DNA from: Octopus sinensis
Lineage: Eukaryota
Reading direction: 5' to 3'
DNA: 64,000 nucleotides
Assembly (NCBI RefSeq): GCF_006345805.1
Contig: NC_043005.1
Location: 19,964,001-20,028,000, forward strand
The position numbers and the translations under genes are program-made. Positions 26,799 through 40,483 of the stretch are shown here, one piece after another. The notes under the pieces are model-generated. The model was not told where the DNA came from. It worked only from the letters and a program-made list of their open reading frames with translations, and ran no database searches. Within the stretch, counting starts at the first letter, position 1; every line of letters begins with the position of its first letter.

Positions 26799-27137
26799 CA
26801 ATAACAACAGTTAATGATGATAATGTTGAAAATGTGGGTGGCACTAAAAGCTTTTAAAGAATATGATGCTTGTGGATAGATAGCTCCCTTATTTGAAATC
26901 TAGTTCAGATTTCTGTCAATTTAGGACACCAATATCTATAAGGAAACAAGCCATAACATTAAAATAATATTTGATATAAAAAGCAATAAAAAGTGAATAT
27001 CTCTTCCAAACAAACAAACAAACATAATATTGATGAATATTTATATTTATTCAATAATTCTTCAGATATTGATATATTGATAGATGTGTAAACAAGGTGT
27101 GACATATTGTATGGATCAGGTCTTGTTTTTCTTTCCT

Positions 27138-27222
<85 letters not shown>

Positions 27223-27497
27223 CTCTTCATCCTCTTCTCTCACATGCACACGTATCAAGTAGTTTTGCAATTTTAATTGTTTCCTACTTCAATATATGAT
27301 GACTCAATGCTATTGTTGTTGTTATTTAGTGCCAAGCCATCTCTGGTCCAGCAGGCTTATTGTTAAAACATTCCACCATAACCATTCCATCTTATATTCA
27401 GATTATATGGGTTTCATTATCAAATGTGTCCTATTTTCAAAATGGCAGTGTGTAGTTTGAGAGGAATTTGACTGCTATTAAATTAAGTGACTATATG

Positions 27498-28596
27498 CTT
27501 CAAGCATATAGTTTCCATCCGGATATTGCACGATGGGTTGGTGCCTTCCTCTCAGATCGCTCCTTCCAAGTCCAAGTTAATGGTTTGCGGTCCGACGTCT
27601 CCAGTGTGAGCAGTGGCGTGCCTCAAGGTTCAGTGCTTGGGCCCTTATTGTTCTTAGTCTTCATAAATGACTTGCCCGACGACCTCACGCAACACACCCT
27701 TCTATTTGCCGACAATGTCAAACTGGTCGCTCCTCGCGGTGATATAGAGGATCTTCGTCAATGCCTCCACCAAATTTGGAGATGGTCTAACGAATGGGAC
27801 CTGTGTCTGAACGTGTCAAAGTGCTGTCATCTGCCTGTTGGCTCTCCTTCTGCAACTCAACTTGATTTCGAGCCAGGTCGTCTGCTACTGGAGAGGACCG
27901 ATCAGGTAAAGGACCTGGGTATCTTGGTGGATTCCTCCTTTTCGCCTTCGGCCTAGTGCATCCTAGCTGCCAACAAAGCACACGGAATTCTGTTCTTGAT
28001 TCGACGGTCATTCGGAATGCTCACAGCAGCCATATTCCTACCGCTCTATGTCACACTGGTGAGACCCATATTGGAGTACGGGATTCAAGCCTCTTCTCCT
28101 TATCTCCTCAAAGACATACAGCATCTTGAAAGAGTCCAGAAGCTGGCTACCCACATGGTTCTTAGTCTCAAGAATTTGTCTTATGAAGAAAGGCTGAAGA
28201 CACTCGACCTTTATTCTCTAGAAAAACGACGACGACGTGGAGATCTCATTCTTGCTCACAACATCATAAGCGGAAAGTGTAACCTCTCAAAAGAGCTGTT
28301 CTTCACTCCTGCTCCAGAGCGTCGGCTGCGGGGTCATTCCGAAAAGCTCTATCTGCGACGATTTCATCTCAATCGAAGGAGAGGGGCTTTCTCCGTCCGG
28401 GTTGCGGATGGGTGGAATAAGCTGCCAGACGAGATGGTGAAGATGCCGACGACCGCTCGGTTCAAAGTCTCCCTTGACCTCAAGTGGCCTGAACTCTTTA
28501 CATGAACACCACCCTGTACATAACTCCATGTCCCCCTACATGGCCTTGCTTTTTGCTTTTTGAGCCAAAAAATTAACTAACTAACTAACTAACTAA
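27498..28596 (+). mobile_element. 5'-truncated CR1-clade LINE (RT and C-terminus, one nonsense codon)
   Basis: GVPQGSVLGPLLFLVFINDL, LFADNVKL, KDLGILVD, LVRPILEY, LERVQK, RRRRGDLI, RLRGH, FSVRVADGWNKLP in a single frame with one TAG (27954). Stop at 28503, 3' stem-loop CCATGT/ACATGG, (TAAC)n tail. Confidence 0.93.
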
Positions 28597-28689
28597 AAGG
28601 ATCCTTCATTGGCTCACTCTTAATTCTGTTGTTGATTAACCTCAGGATCATAAGCTCAGAAACAGGGGGTGTATATCCCCTAAAGTTTT

Positions 28690-30183
28690 GGAGGCACTTT
28701 GGACATCTTCCTGAAAAACGTCATCTCCAAAACAGAGTGTAGAAATATTTTTGGATTGATTTGAAACATTATTTATCTGCTATTGGACCTATCTGATTTA
28801 ACTGATGTACAAATATTATACACTGGTTTCTGGAGCTGTACTAAACTGGGTTTTATACCTATTTCCTCTATCCATCTGTTCAGATCTTTAGGGATAGTTC
28901 CCAATGCACCTATAACTACTTGGATACATTTTACCCGCACATTCCATAGTCTCAGTAATTGAATAGTCAGGTCCTGGTACTTTGCTATTTTTTTTTCTAT
29001 ACTTCTCATATTAGTGTTTTCATCATTTGGGACTGTAAAGTCAATTATCTGGCACTTTCTATTCTCTTTATCGACTACTACCAAATCAAGCCTTCTAGCT
29101 TCTATTACTCTGTTAGTCTGAATGTTAAATCCCCACATCTTACTTTCTAGTACTTTACCAGATTCATCTTCATGCCATTTATCAGTATGTTCAAACCCTA
29201 GCTTTCTACAAAGCTTCCAGGTGATTACTCTCCCTAGGTTGTCATGCCTTTCCTGGTATTCTCTCTGTACCAATATGCTACATTCACTTACTATGTGAGT
29301 AATACTTTCCTCTTTTGATTTGCATAATCTACACTGGGAATCTACTTGGTTTTGTCTATTTTGGCTTTTATCCAATTAGTCCTTAATGCTTGATCTTGTG
29401 CAGCTACTAACAAACACTTTGTCTCCCTCTTCAGCTTTCCTTTCTGCAACCATAACCATGTCTCATTACTACTATTTGCTGCAACTATCTTTGGGAATCT
29501 ACCATGTAACACCTTCTCCTGTCAGTCAGATAATTTCTGTTCTTTTTTCCAGTTTTTAACTTTGCTTGGAGTTTTGGTTTCTCTATGTCTTGCTGTGGCT
29601 AAACTTTCTTCACTATTACCATCATAGGAGTCTATATCTACTCTAGCTACCTCCTCACAGTCTTCTACTGATATTAACCCTCTTCCACCTTCCTTTCTTG
29701 GTAGGTATAACCTTGCTACTCCTGCCCTTGGGTGGAGTCCTCCATTCATATTGAATTCGTTCCTAGTTCTTCTGTCAAGCTTACTAATTCAGTTTTTGTC
29801 CAATCAACAAAATCTGCTGAGTATCTAAGTTATGATACTGCTCTAGTATTTACAGCCTTCACTAGATTCGAATTATTTAGCTTTGACTTCATTAGCTTCC
29901 TCGTCTTTTTGATGCACTCCTCAATTTTCGTTTTTATTTCTGTAGCTAGTACCCTGACACTTAGATACTTATAACTCTCTCCTCCTTTCAATGATTTTAA
30001 TGTCTGGCCATCTGGTAATTGGATGCCTTCACTGTTGACTACCTGTCCCTTTCTCATGACTAATATTACACACTTATCTATGCCAAATTCCATGCCTATT
30101 TCTTTGTTGAAGAGTCTTACAGTTTGTATTAAGGAATCTATCTCTTTTTCATTCTTACTCCTGACTGTAATACTTTTGATCAT
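28690..30183 (-). mobile_element. R4/Dong-type RLE LINE remnant (RT 3' part, CCHC, endonuclease)
   Basis: GMEFGIDKC, YKYL, MNGGLHPRAGVARLYLPRKEGGRGL, CRLCKSKEESITHIVSEC, RHD, RRLDLVVVD, EKKIAKYQDL, VVIGALG. Confidence 0.9.
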
Positions 30184-31057
30184 ATATTAACTGGATGAAA
30201 GCTGACCTGGGGCTAAATAACAACTCCTACCACTACTGCCACATTTAACTCTGTCTGGTCTTCTGAAATAGTAAATTCTTCATTTTTCACTGGTGAACTC
30301 CATAAAGTATTATATCATTTATATTTTTGAACATGCATTTCAAAACTTGATACTCTGTGTTTAATTATAGTTACCTAAGGTGACAGCCTTACAAAAGCTG
30401 GTTTATGTTTCTTACATATTATCACAAGCAAGAGGTAACCATTACTTTGGCCTGGGTTTATAAGACTTCAAACAGTAGTGATAAACTTGTGGGTTGTGGC
30501 ATAGAGGGATTGTAGTATAACTATGAAGGGGTCATGCAAAGAAAATCTTTTATTTTTGAAATATTTCATAAACTATACATCAATTTGTTAAACAATAAAG
30601 TGAAGGTATATATATATGGCCCACAATACAGCATTTAATACAAACAAAAACTGAGAAATTTTTCTCTAAAATTATTTCAAATTTTAAGTATGCAATAGTA
30701 GAATGTATAGTTTTGAAATTTTTTTCTAATATTAAAAAAAAAAAGTTGGGGTTACGAAGCGTTATTGATTTGAGTTGCAGTGATGAAAGGTTAGCAAACT
30801 GTTGGCTTAGGGGAACCAACTTCCTGTTACTGCTAATAAATCTCAGTATGTTCACAGCTTTGCGTTAATCGAATTAAAGTACAGATTATGGCTGACATGG
30901 CTCAACAAATATAGTCATGATCAGATTAAAGAAAATTTTATTAAAACACTGACTTGTTTACATAACAAGCTTGTTTAACTACATCTCCTTAAGCTCATCA
31001 AGAAAATCTTCATTATCAGTTTTCAAACAACATAGATGGCATACTTTCAAACTAACT

Positions 31058-31206
<149 letters not shown>

Positions 31207-32200
31207 ATGGGGTGGTTAGCTGGCAGAATCGCTAGCATGCTGGGCAAAATGCTTAGTGGTATTTTGTCTGTCTCTGGGTTCTGAGTTACAATTCTGCCGC
31301 AGTCATCTTCACTTTTCATCCTTTTGGGGTCGATAAAATAAGTACCAGTTGAGCACTAGGTTTGATGTAATCAATATTTCCTTCCCACAAAATTGCTGGC
31401 TTCATGCCAAAATTTGAAATCATCATCGTCGTCGTCGTCATCATTATTATTATTATTATTTATTCTTTTTACCTCAGGTTCTGTTGTAACTCCTGGAGTC
31501 TTGCATGCATAGCAGGCTTGCTGCCTGCATTATGGTTATTATTATAATTAGGATGGTAAATGAGTAGAATCATTAGAACACCAGACAAAATGCTTTGCTG
31601 TGTTTCTTTGGACTCTTCATGTTCTGAGTGAAAATTTCACCAGAGTCAACATTGCTTTCAGGACTTACATCGACCCCATTCAAGTACTGGGCTCAACGTA
31701 ATCAAATAACCCTTTCCCCTTAAAAATTGCTGGCCTTGTGCCAAAAATTTTAAAGAAATATTACCATTGTTAAAATGATGAGCTGGTAGAATCATTAGTG
31801 CTTTGGGAACATAATACTTAGTGGCTTTTCTTCCAACTCTTTATTTTCTGAGTTCAAATTCCACTGAGGTTGACTTTGCCTATCATCTTTTCAGGGTCAA
31901 TAAAATAAGTACCAGATGAACTCTAGGGTTGATGTAGTCAACTATCCACCTCCTCCAAAACTGTTTGCTTTGTTCCTGTTACTTGAAAGAGGTATTATTT
32001 TAGAGGGCAGTGGGTTGGCAAATCATCAGATTATTGGGAGTAATGTTTTGCTGCATTCCCTCCAATTCATTACATTCTGAGTTCAAATCCTGGCAAAATT
32101 TGCCTGTCATCCTTTCAGGGTCAGTAAAATGCTAGGGGTCAATATAATTAGCTGTTTCCCACACCCCAAATTTCTGGCTTTGTACTTACGTAAGAAATTA
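31207..32200 (+). mobile_element. Head-to-tail chain of four Nin/Deu-like subfamily-B SINEs
   Basis: Heads near 31207, 31550, 31772 and 32002, each with a gagt(tc/ga)aaa(tt) B-box remnant and ttcatc..gggtc..taaaataagtaccag-type core, separated by ATT-rich runs. Confidence 0.7.
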
Positions 32201-32388
32201 TTACTATTAATTTTTTTCCCCAGTTTTATGTGAATGCCTCATGCATCAGCAAGGTGCATCTTTGTGTTCTTTTGCTATGTGCAACATTGTCTCTTGTCAA
32301 TGTAGAATTGCGTTTGTATAAAATTTGCTTGGTTATTTGTGCCGTTACTTTAGTGCTTTATCTATCTGTAGTATAAACCAGTGATTCA

Positions 32389-33180
32389 CAGCCTTTTCAT
32401 GTACTCATGCTCTCTTTTTAAACCTGAATTTCCTTTGTGGCCCCTCACAGGTACCTTTAGTTTTAAAAATAAAATCTCTTTTACCATGTGCAATGATTAT
32501 TAATTATAGTTGTATCATATAAAAATAATTGTTACAGTGTACAAAAAAAAATTGCTATTTCTATGAAGACAATTATGTTAGCAAACAAAATTCTATAAAA
32601 ACATAAAACCTTAAGAACTGCTACAAATTAACTTTATTAACGTGTACTTTACCCACTAAAAATTCTAAGAAACAAAATATATAGCAATAAATATTCTTAT
32701 GATTGGCACTTAATACACTGTGAGTCTTATGGCTGATACAAACTTGGAAGCTTTTCAATATTTCACTGTAGTGTTGTTAATGACAAACGATCACCTCTCC
32801 TTACAATATCAAGGTTGTTGCGAACTCTTAATAGAAGGTAAGTCACACAGCAAACTAGATTTAACAAGATAAAAAGTAGGAAAAGTAATAACATACAACT
32901 TTTCTTTCTTCAAGAGTAGTGGAAACTTCTCCGCAATTTTATTACTTTTCTGTAAATTATGTTTGCCATATTTGAAACTAGCTTGAGGTGTTTTATCAGG
33001 CTGTAAGTCAGCAAGGTTTTTAATGTTAATATCAGTTGTGTTTACCCCAAATGGATTCACCACTCAATCTGGATGAATCATCTCTACTAAATCACTGAAC
33101 TTTTAGTTCACTGTATGAATGCATCAAAAACCCACTCGAAATAAGCAGAAAGATTCTCCCCTTGCAGTTTAGTGTCAATC
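32389..33180 (-). mobile_element. hAT (Charlie/Buster-type) transposase C-terminal remnant with one TIR
   Basis: Minus strand FSDLVEMIHPD*VVNPF...FPTFYLV...RNNLDIVRRGD.RLSLT..NIEKL.SLYQP. TIR-like CAGTGATTCACAGCCTTTT at 32389, preceded by GTATAAAC. Confidence 0.65.
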
Positions 33181-34759
33181 ATACCTGGATTAGAAATTAT
33201 ACCAACTTGTGGTATCTTTCATTTTTGTTTTCTGTTTTCTTTAAATTTACTGAAGATAATTTCTGTATTCCTTAATTACTGATATTCAAATATTATAGTT
33301 ATATATAATTATTGAGACTTAATAATGTAGAATATGTCTTGGTATTAACTGATATTAAGCCATTCCATGATACAAAAATTCGAAGGAATTTTATTTTATG
33401 ATTATTCGTATTTTATTAAATACTTGTCCTGTTGTATATATTTTATGCTTATATATACTGTTAATAATAATGGTTGTCTCTTGAATCTGAAAAAAATGGT
33501 TAGGTTGCATGGCCAACATCTGTGGACACTCATGTGACTTCTTAGACTGAAGTGAAACACACTGATACAGCTGCAGGTCAGACAAGGAACACCACTTGTT
33601 GAGATAGGAGCAGACACCTTTCCTTGTCTCTTATGGCTTGCCCTGAGACAATGTATACACCAGTTGGTTTGGAAACTATTTGCTGCCAGGGGTCATAGGT
33701 TGTGCCACTAGGTCTGCTCAGTCCATTGTATTTATTTCATAGTTGTATATATTATTGAATATTTGTCTAATTGTATATATTTCTTAGTTTTATCAGTCTC
33801 ACTTTTATCTATGTAAAATTTTATCTATGCTTATATCTAGATTCTGATACTAGTCCTAGTGCAACAATTGCTTATTCACCTTATTAAGTTGTTAAATGAG
33901 AATAAAACTTAATATTCAAAACAAGCAAAAAAATACACCAAGATAAAGTGACATGTGCAAGTGAGTGTGACATTCCTTAACTTTGCAGGCATTGCTAAAT
34001 ATGTTCAAAAATTTATGAAATGTAATTATTTATAGAAAATCAAATGGAGTTAGCTTGTTGAAAGAAATACATCTAGTTACTGTAAGATGTAGAGAAATCA
34101 ATGGGTTTAGAAAGTTTTTTGATGTAGTGAAATAGCGGCCAGTGCTAATCAAGATAGTCAAACAGTAGAGAGAAGTTCAATAAGGTTGAGAAAAATTTTT
34201 TTATACATTTTGTGAGGGTGGAGGCTGACTGCAATTATAAGTCAGCGGGTGATCTGGGAAGGAAGTAAGCAAGGCATGAAAGTGCAGATTGAAAAATAAT
34301 TTTTAAAAAAAAACATTAAACTGGGAGTGTTAACTGTTGTAGGGTATAAGGTAGTATATTTTAAAAGGTAAATCTTTAAAGTTAAAGTAAACTTAAGAGC
34401 AGCCAGGTGGATATTGTAAAGTGTGGGTTAATGTATCTTAAACAGATGCTGATATAAGGGAAAATGTTAGTGTTTATGATTGGTCAGTGAAAAGAGTGAC
34501 AAGATAAAGTGTTGAGTAAATATTTAGCAGTGCAATCAACTCCTCTGCAGCCAAGAATGGAAGAAAATATTTTATACATATTATGATGGAAAAAGACAAT
34601 GAAAATATGGGACAAAATTTATTGTTATTATTAAAAGACAATCTTTATATCCAGCTTAACATAGTGCTATTGTTAGAATGTTGACTGTTGCATTATTTAA
34701 CTTCAGAGGACCTTTCATATGGACATATGGTGCATAAAAGCAGATAAGAATCGTTTGTG

Positions 34760-35155
34760 CATGACCTTGCAGGTGGGGCTCAGTTAGAATTTTCTTCAGG
34801 TCGAGTAGCCCATCCCACTCAAAAGGTCACTAAGTAAGGGTTATTCAAAGATGTTGAACAAAATACCCAGGTTTCCAGAGGTGAATTATTCAAACTCCAA
34901 AGAATTCCTCTCAACACATGGCTAGGATGCTCCTCAAATATTTCTGCTTGTGATCAGAGATGCACATATCATCAGTCACCAAGGGACATGCTCAACTGGT
35001 TAAGGTCAAACAACTGACAAGCAAATCTGTGATATTGAGCAGAATATTCACTATATCCTATCTTTTACACCAAAACAAAGCAACGTACATGATAACACTT
35101 CCAATCAGTTAAGCTCAGAAGCCATGAGAGTCACTGCCTGGTATTACACCAGGGC

Positions 35156-35156
<1 letters not shown>
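34760..35156 (+). mobile_element. Element X, truncated at the left end
   Basis: Matches 48475-48870 and ends in agggca(TTA)n. Confidence 0.8.
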
Positions 35157-35230
<74 letters not shown>

Positions 35231-35246
35231 GTTATAGTTATTGTTG

Positions 35247-35303
<57 letters not shown>

Positions 35304-35308
<5 letters not shown>

Positions 35309-35681
35309 TAGTTTTATTTTTATAGCGTGCTTTCACTTCACTACCGAGCACAGCTCTGTGTGCCTTGTGTATGTGCTGTGATTTGTTGTGATGCTCTGAT
35401 GGTTACTGTATTGAAAGTGTTTTACGTAGGATGTGTGCAGTGCCCAGTTGTGCAATTTTCTGTATGTTATATGTGTTTGTAAGTTCTGGAGTTTTGGTTA
35501 TGTTTTTGTCAGAATATTTTTTTATCATGCCTAATGCGCCTACTATGATAGGAATTGTTTCTGTTTTTAGATTCCACATTCGAGTTACCTCTATTTCCAA
35601 GTCTTTGTATTTTGAAAGTTTCTCCATTTCTTTTAGAGACACGTTGTCATCTGCTAGAATTGATACATCAATTAGAAAGCA
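35304..35681 (-). mobile_element. R4/Dong-type RLE LINE 3' end within (TTA)n
   Basis: CFLIDVSILADDNVSLKEMEKLSKYKDLEIEVTRMWNLKTETIPIIVGALG...LGTAHILRKTLSIQ* plus 3' UTR. Confidence 0.88.
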
Positions 35682-35722
35682 TTAATTAGAAAGCATTATC
35701 ATTATTATTATCATTACCATTG

Positions 35723-35774
<52 letters not shown>

Positions 35775-35775
35775 C

Positions 35776-35817
<42 letters not shown>

Positions 35818-35840
35818 TTTTTCTTTTTTTATGATTTCCT

Positions 35841-36425
35841 TCATCATCATTTAATGTCCATTGTCCATGCTGGCATGGGCTGGATGGTTTGACCAGGACT
35901 GGTGAGCTGGAGAGCTGCACCAGGCACCAGTCTAATTTGGCATGGTTTCTATGGCTTGATGCCTTTCCTAACACCAACCAATTTACAGAGTATGCTGGGT
36001 GCCTTTTCATAACACCACATGAGCCTTTTTATGTGGCACTGACATGAATGTTTTTATGTGGCACTGGCACAGGACTCTTGCTGGCCAATCCTTTTCACCA
36101 GGGTGAGCAACCTTAACGCTTTTGCTGTGAAGTATGGGTCGTCTTCTTGAGTACAGCAAAGCACCAGGTATCTTGATCCTTTGTCATCTCATCTAAAAGG
36201 TTCAGCAATCTAGTCATCCTTTAGTACTTCGTTTCATGTCTTCCTGATGGCACTACTCTACATATCTAGGAAATAGACTGCCTTCATTTCTTTCTAGTCT
36301 TTATAAATTCCCTACATTCAGATCCACATCTCACTACATACCAAACAGCATCATACTCTATTCACAAGCATCATGTAATATACCTTTTACTTTGATGGAA
36401 AGACACTTTGCTTCCAACAAAAGGA
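35841..36425 (-). mobile_element. RTE LINE 3' end
   Basis: (CAT)n tail on +, RTE tail motifs and degenerate ORF2 C-terminus. Confidence 0.6.
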
Positions 36426-36464
36426 ATTGGTCCCTGAACTATTCTCAACCCATTTTCTTATTAA

Positions 36465-36780
36465 GACATGTATGTTTGTATGTATGTCTGTATGCTTGTA
36501 TTTATTTATTTATGTATGTATGTATGTATGTGTGTGTATGTATGTATGTATGTATGTATGTGTGTGTATGTATGTATGTATGTATGTATGTATGTATGCA
36601 TGCATGTATGCATGTATTTATGTATGTATGTTTGTATGTACATACGTATGTATGTATGTATGTATTTATATATGTATGTATTTTTGTATGTATGTATGTT
36701 TGTATGTACGTACATATGTATGTATGTATGTATTTATGTATGTATGTATGTTTGTATGTACATACGTATGTATGTATCAA
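36465..36780. repeat. (TATG)n / (TG)n compound microsatellite
   Basis: Direct; similar tracts at about 4100-4410, 8772-9180 and 12820-13125. Confidence 0.95.
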
Positions 36781-38070
36781 TGTGAGTTTATATATTATTT
36801 GGGCATATATTTGGTTACATATGATTTGTTTCCTATTTATATATATATATCATAATCCTCATTTAACATCCGTCTTCTATGCTGGCTTTGGAGGTCAGGC
36901 AGTTTGACAGGATCTGGTGTGCTGAGCTCAATACACATCTATCTCTTCCACCTTACATCTCTTTATACTGATATTTCTCATCAACTGCATCTCCGCCTTT
37001 GTTCATCACTCACAATTTTTCCCTCTATCCCCATCTCTAACCAACTGTTATTCTCTGCCCTCTTGCTTTTATATATGTATGTGTGTTTGTGTGTATGTCT
37101 TTGTGTCTGTCTGCATGTATTTATATACGTGTGTGTGTGTGTATCTGTGTCTGTCTGTATACACACACACTGTACTTTTGTTTGAAGCAGAAATTATTTT
37201 ATTTATTTCTTGTGTATCTACAAGCAGCTAATTTTGTTTATAGACCTCCCTTTCCCCACCCTGCCCTCCAACCATACTTATTTAATAGACAGGTAAATTA
37301 ATTTACTACAGTTTTTCTTTTATCCTTCAATTTTCCTTTATCTTAGTCTGCAAGGATTCATTTTATGACTTACAAACATTGAGAACTGTCTTTATATTTT
37401 CTTTTCATGTCTAGTTTATTTATATACTTCTTATAATTATCCCCCTTTTTCCATCATTGTCGTCGTCGTCATCGTCATTATTTGTGGCAATAAACATTAC
37501 ATATATCCATTCCAAAGGAATTATCCTTTGTCTTGGAGTCAATTTTTCAGCCCTCATCTGCAATAAAACTTTTTATTTCTTGTCTTCAAATTATATAGTT
37601 TCATTTTGTTATTTAACTATTTTCATATTTTTTTTCTAATCATCATTTTTGTAATTACTATTCAGATTTTTCAGTTCTTTGCATTCTTAGAACAAATTCC
37701 ACCACAACCAACTTTCCTTTCCACCCTTTCAGGGTCAGTAAAATAAAGTACCAATCAAGTACCAGTATCAGCTAATCTCCTCTCTCAAACTTCAAGTTTT
37801 GCATCTATGTCAGAAACAATTATTATTCCTTATTTATTTATTAATTTCCTAAACATAGAGGGGACAAACAAGGAAAAACAAAGGGATTAAGTCGATTACA
37901 TTGATCCCAGTGCATAACTGGTACTTATTTAATTGACCCCGAAAGGATGAAAGGCAAAGGCGACCTCGGCGGATTTGAACTCAGAATGTAACAGCAGACG
38001 AAATACCACCAAGCATTTTGCCTGGTATTCTAACAATTCTGCCAGCTCACTGTCCTTTATTATTATTATT

Positions 38071-40483
38071 GTTTTCTTTCTTCAAATTTTTTTCCGTTTC
38101 TCGCCAAGTGTTTTCCGTACACCTAGGGCATAGAAGCTCATTGTATGCATTCCCAGATTACACGCGCAAATTCACAGGTAAAATATGTATTTAAAAATTA
38201 ATAAATAAATAAATTCATGAGTGGATGTTGTTTTCACAACGATAATGCTCTTCTCAGTACATAACCCATTCCAGTTAATACGATTTTTTGCACTTTCTGT
38301 AGGGATGGTAAGCCTGGTATCATTTTCAAATAGGTTCCAATACCTTTTTTTATCATTCCTAGAGATCCTACAATCACTGTTACTGTAGTCGTTTTGAGAT
38401 GCCACATTTTTTCAATTTCTATTAGCAAGTCTTTATATTTACTAATCATGTCAAATTCTTTTGCCGCTATACTACAAAGAATACTCATGTCAATTAATAA
38501 AAACATCTTTTTTTCTGATCTTTTATAATAATATCTGGTTTATGAGCTTTTATAGTTTTGTCGGTATGTATGGGCAAGTCCCATAGAATTGCCACATTTT
38601 CTCCCTCAGTCACAGCTTCAGGATGGTGTTTATGCCATTTGTCAGAGGTTTTGATTTTATAATGCCGACATATTGTCCAGTGTAAATACTGGCCAACTCT
38701 GTCATGTTTTGCTTTATATTCTACAGGTGCTAAGACTTTACAGCCTGAGATTAGGTGGTCTATAGTTTCAATCTCATCATTACAGAATCAGCATTTTGGG
38801 TCAGCTCCATTTTTTACATTGGCTTGGTAGTTCTGGATTAATAAGCTTTGGTCTTGAGCAGCTAATATGAAACCTTCACTCTCTGCTTTTAGCCCTGATC
38901 TTCATAACTATTGGTGCGTGTGTTTCTGGTCAGCATCAGCTTTTTTGCTACGGGCCACATACTTGCCATGCAGAGGTTTCTGTTCCCATCTGCTAGCTAA
39001 TTTTTCATGTGCTTTTGTCTTTGCAATTAATTTTATTTTCTTTGCAGCAGCAGTTGGCACATTTCCTTCAACCTGATCAATCTGGTAGGTATCTAATAGA
39101 TAATAATTGAATTTTTTGCTCTCTTTGAGAATAGAGTGAAGTTTTTTCAGTCTTTCATGGTTTTCAACAAGTTTTAGCATCCAATTGTTGGTTGCTTTAA
39201 GGTATTTGGCCAGTCCGGTTGTGGTAGTTTTGTATGTAAGTTCAAGCTGGATCAAATCTCAACCTCCCTGAGCTCTGGGAAGGTAAAGGCAATCCACGTC
39301 TGCCTTTGGATGGTGCATCTTATTACAAGTCATTAGCTTGCAGATTTTTCTGTCAATTTTCATTATTTCACTGGTATTCCAGTTAAGCACATTGAAGCTA
39401 TAAAGAACAACTGGTACTGCTAAGAAATTTATGGCTAACACCTTATTATATGCATTCAGCTCAGACTTCAAGACTGCTCAAACTCTTCTATAACATTCCT
39501 TTCTAACATTCTCTTTCATGCTTGCATGCTGGATACCAGAGCCTTCATTTATTCCTAGGAATTTATAGGTTTGTTCCTGCTCAAGTTCCTTTATTACTGT
39601 TTTGATTGAACTTGACTTTACCAATTTCCCTTTCTTAAAAGTGGCTTTGGCACACTTTTCAAGGCCAAACTCCATCCTGATATCATCACTGAGTCCTTTC
39701 ACAGTATGTAGTAGTCCTTCAAGCTCTTCATCATCTTTGCGATATAGTTTTAAATCATCCATATAAAACAGATGGCTTATTTTCCTGTTGTCAATTTTGT
39801 AGCCATATCCTGTTCTATTCAGTTCACTTGAGAGTGGTATTAATGCTATACAGAAAATTAGTGGTGAAAGTGAGTCACCTTGGAAAATGCCACAGTTTAT
39901 GCTAATATTGTTTGAGCGCAATACTCCATTAGAATGATATAATTGGAGCTTTGTGTTCCATATTGACATATTATACTTTAAAAAATCTGAAATCACAGGA
40001 GAAATTTTGAAAATGTCCAGCGATTTCAGAATCCACGAATGTGGTATGTTGTTAAAGGCTTTTTTATAATCAATCCATGAAGAGCTGAAATTTCTGCGCC
40101 TGTTATGGCAGTTCTCAAGGATCATGTGATTAATTAGGAGCTGATCTTTGCATCCATATGAGCCTCATCTGCATCCTTTTTGTTCAGTGGGAAAGAAGTT
40201 ATTCTCTTCCATAAACGTATATGTTTTCTCTCCTAGAGTAGATGTCAAAATCTTATAGGTAGTAGATAAACATGTTATAAGCCGGTAGTTTTTTGGGTCT
40301 TTTGTTTTGTTATTTTGGAGGAGGAGGTAAGTAATACCATTTGCTATCCAATGGGGAGTTTTTTCCGGGTCTTTCATAATACTATTAAATAGTATTACTG
40401 ACATTTTGTGTGCGGACAAGAGTGATGAGAGCCAGAAATTTGGTACTCTATCAATACCAGGGGATTTCCACTTATGAGCCTTC
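38071..40483 (-). mobile_element. 2.4-kb 5'-truncated R4/Dong-type LINE
   Basis: AHKWKSPGID, WIDYKKAFNNIPHSW, GIFQGDSLSPLIFC, SHLFYMDDLKLY, MEFGLEKCA, HPKADVDCLYLPRAQGG, WEQKPLHGKY, ISKYKDL, VGSLG; (TTA)n at both ends. Confidence 0.92.

Noticed and set aside
38155-38180. acacgcgcaaattc similarity to the U6 snRNA 3' region
   Set aside because: The match is about 12 nt and lies within the 3' UTR of the R4/Dong element; there is no other U6 sequence.
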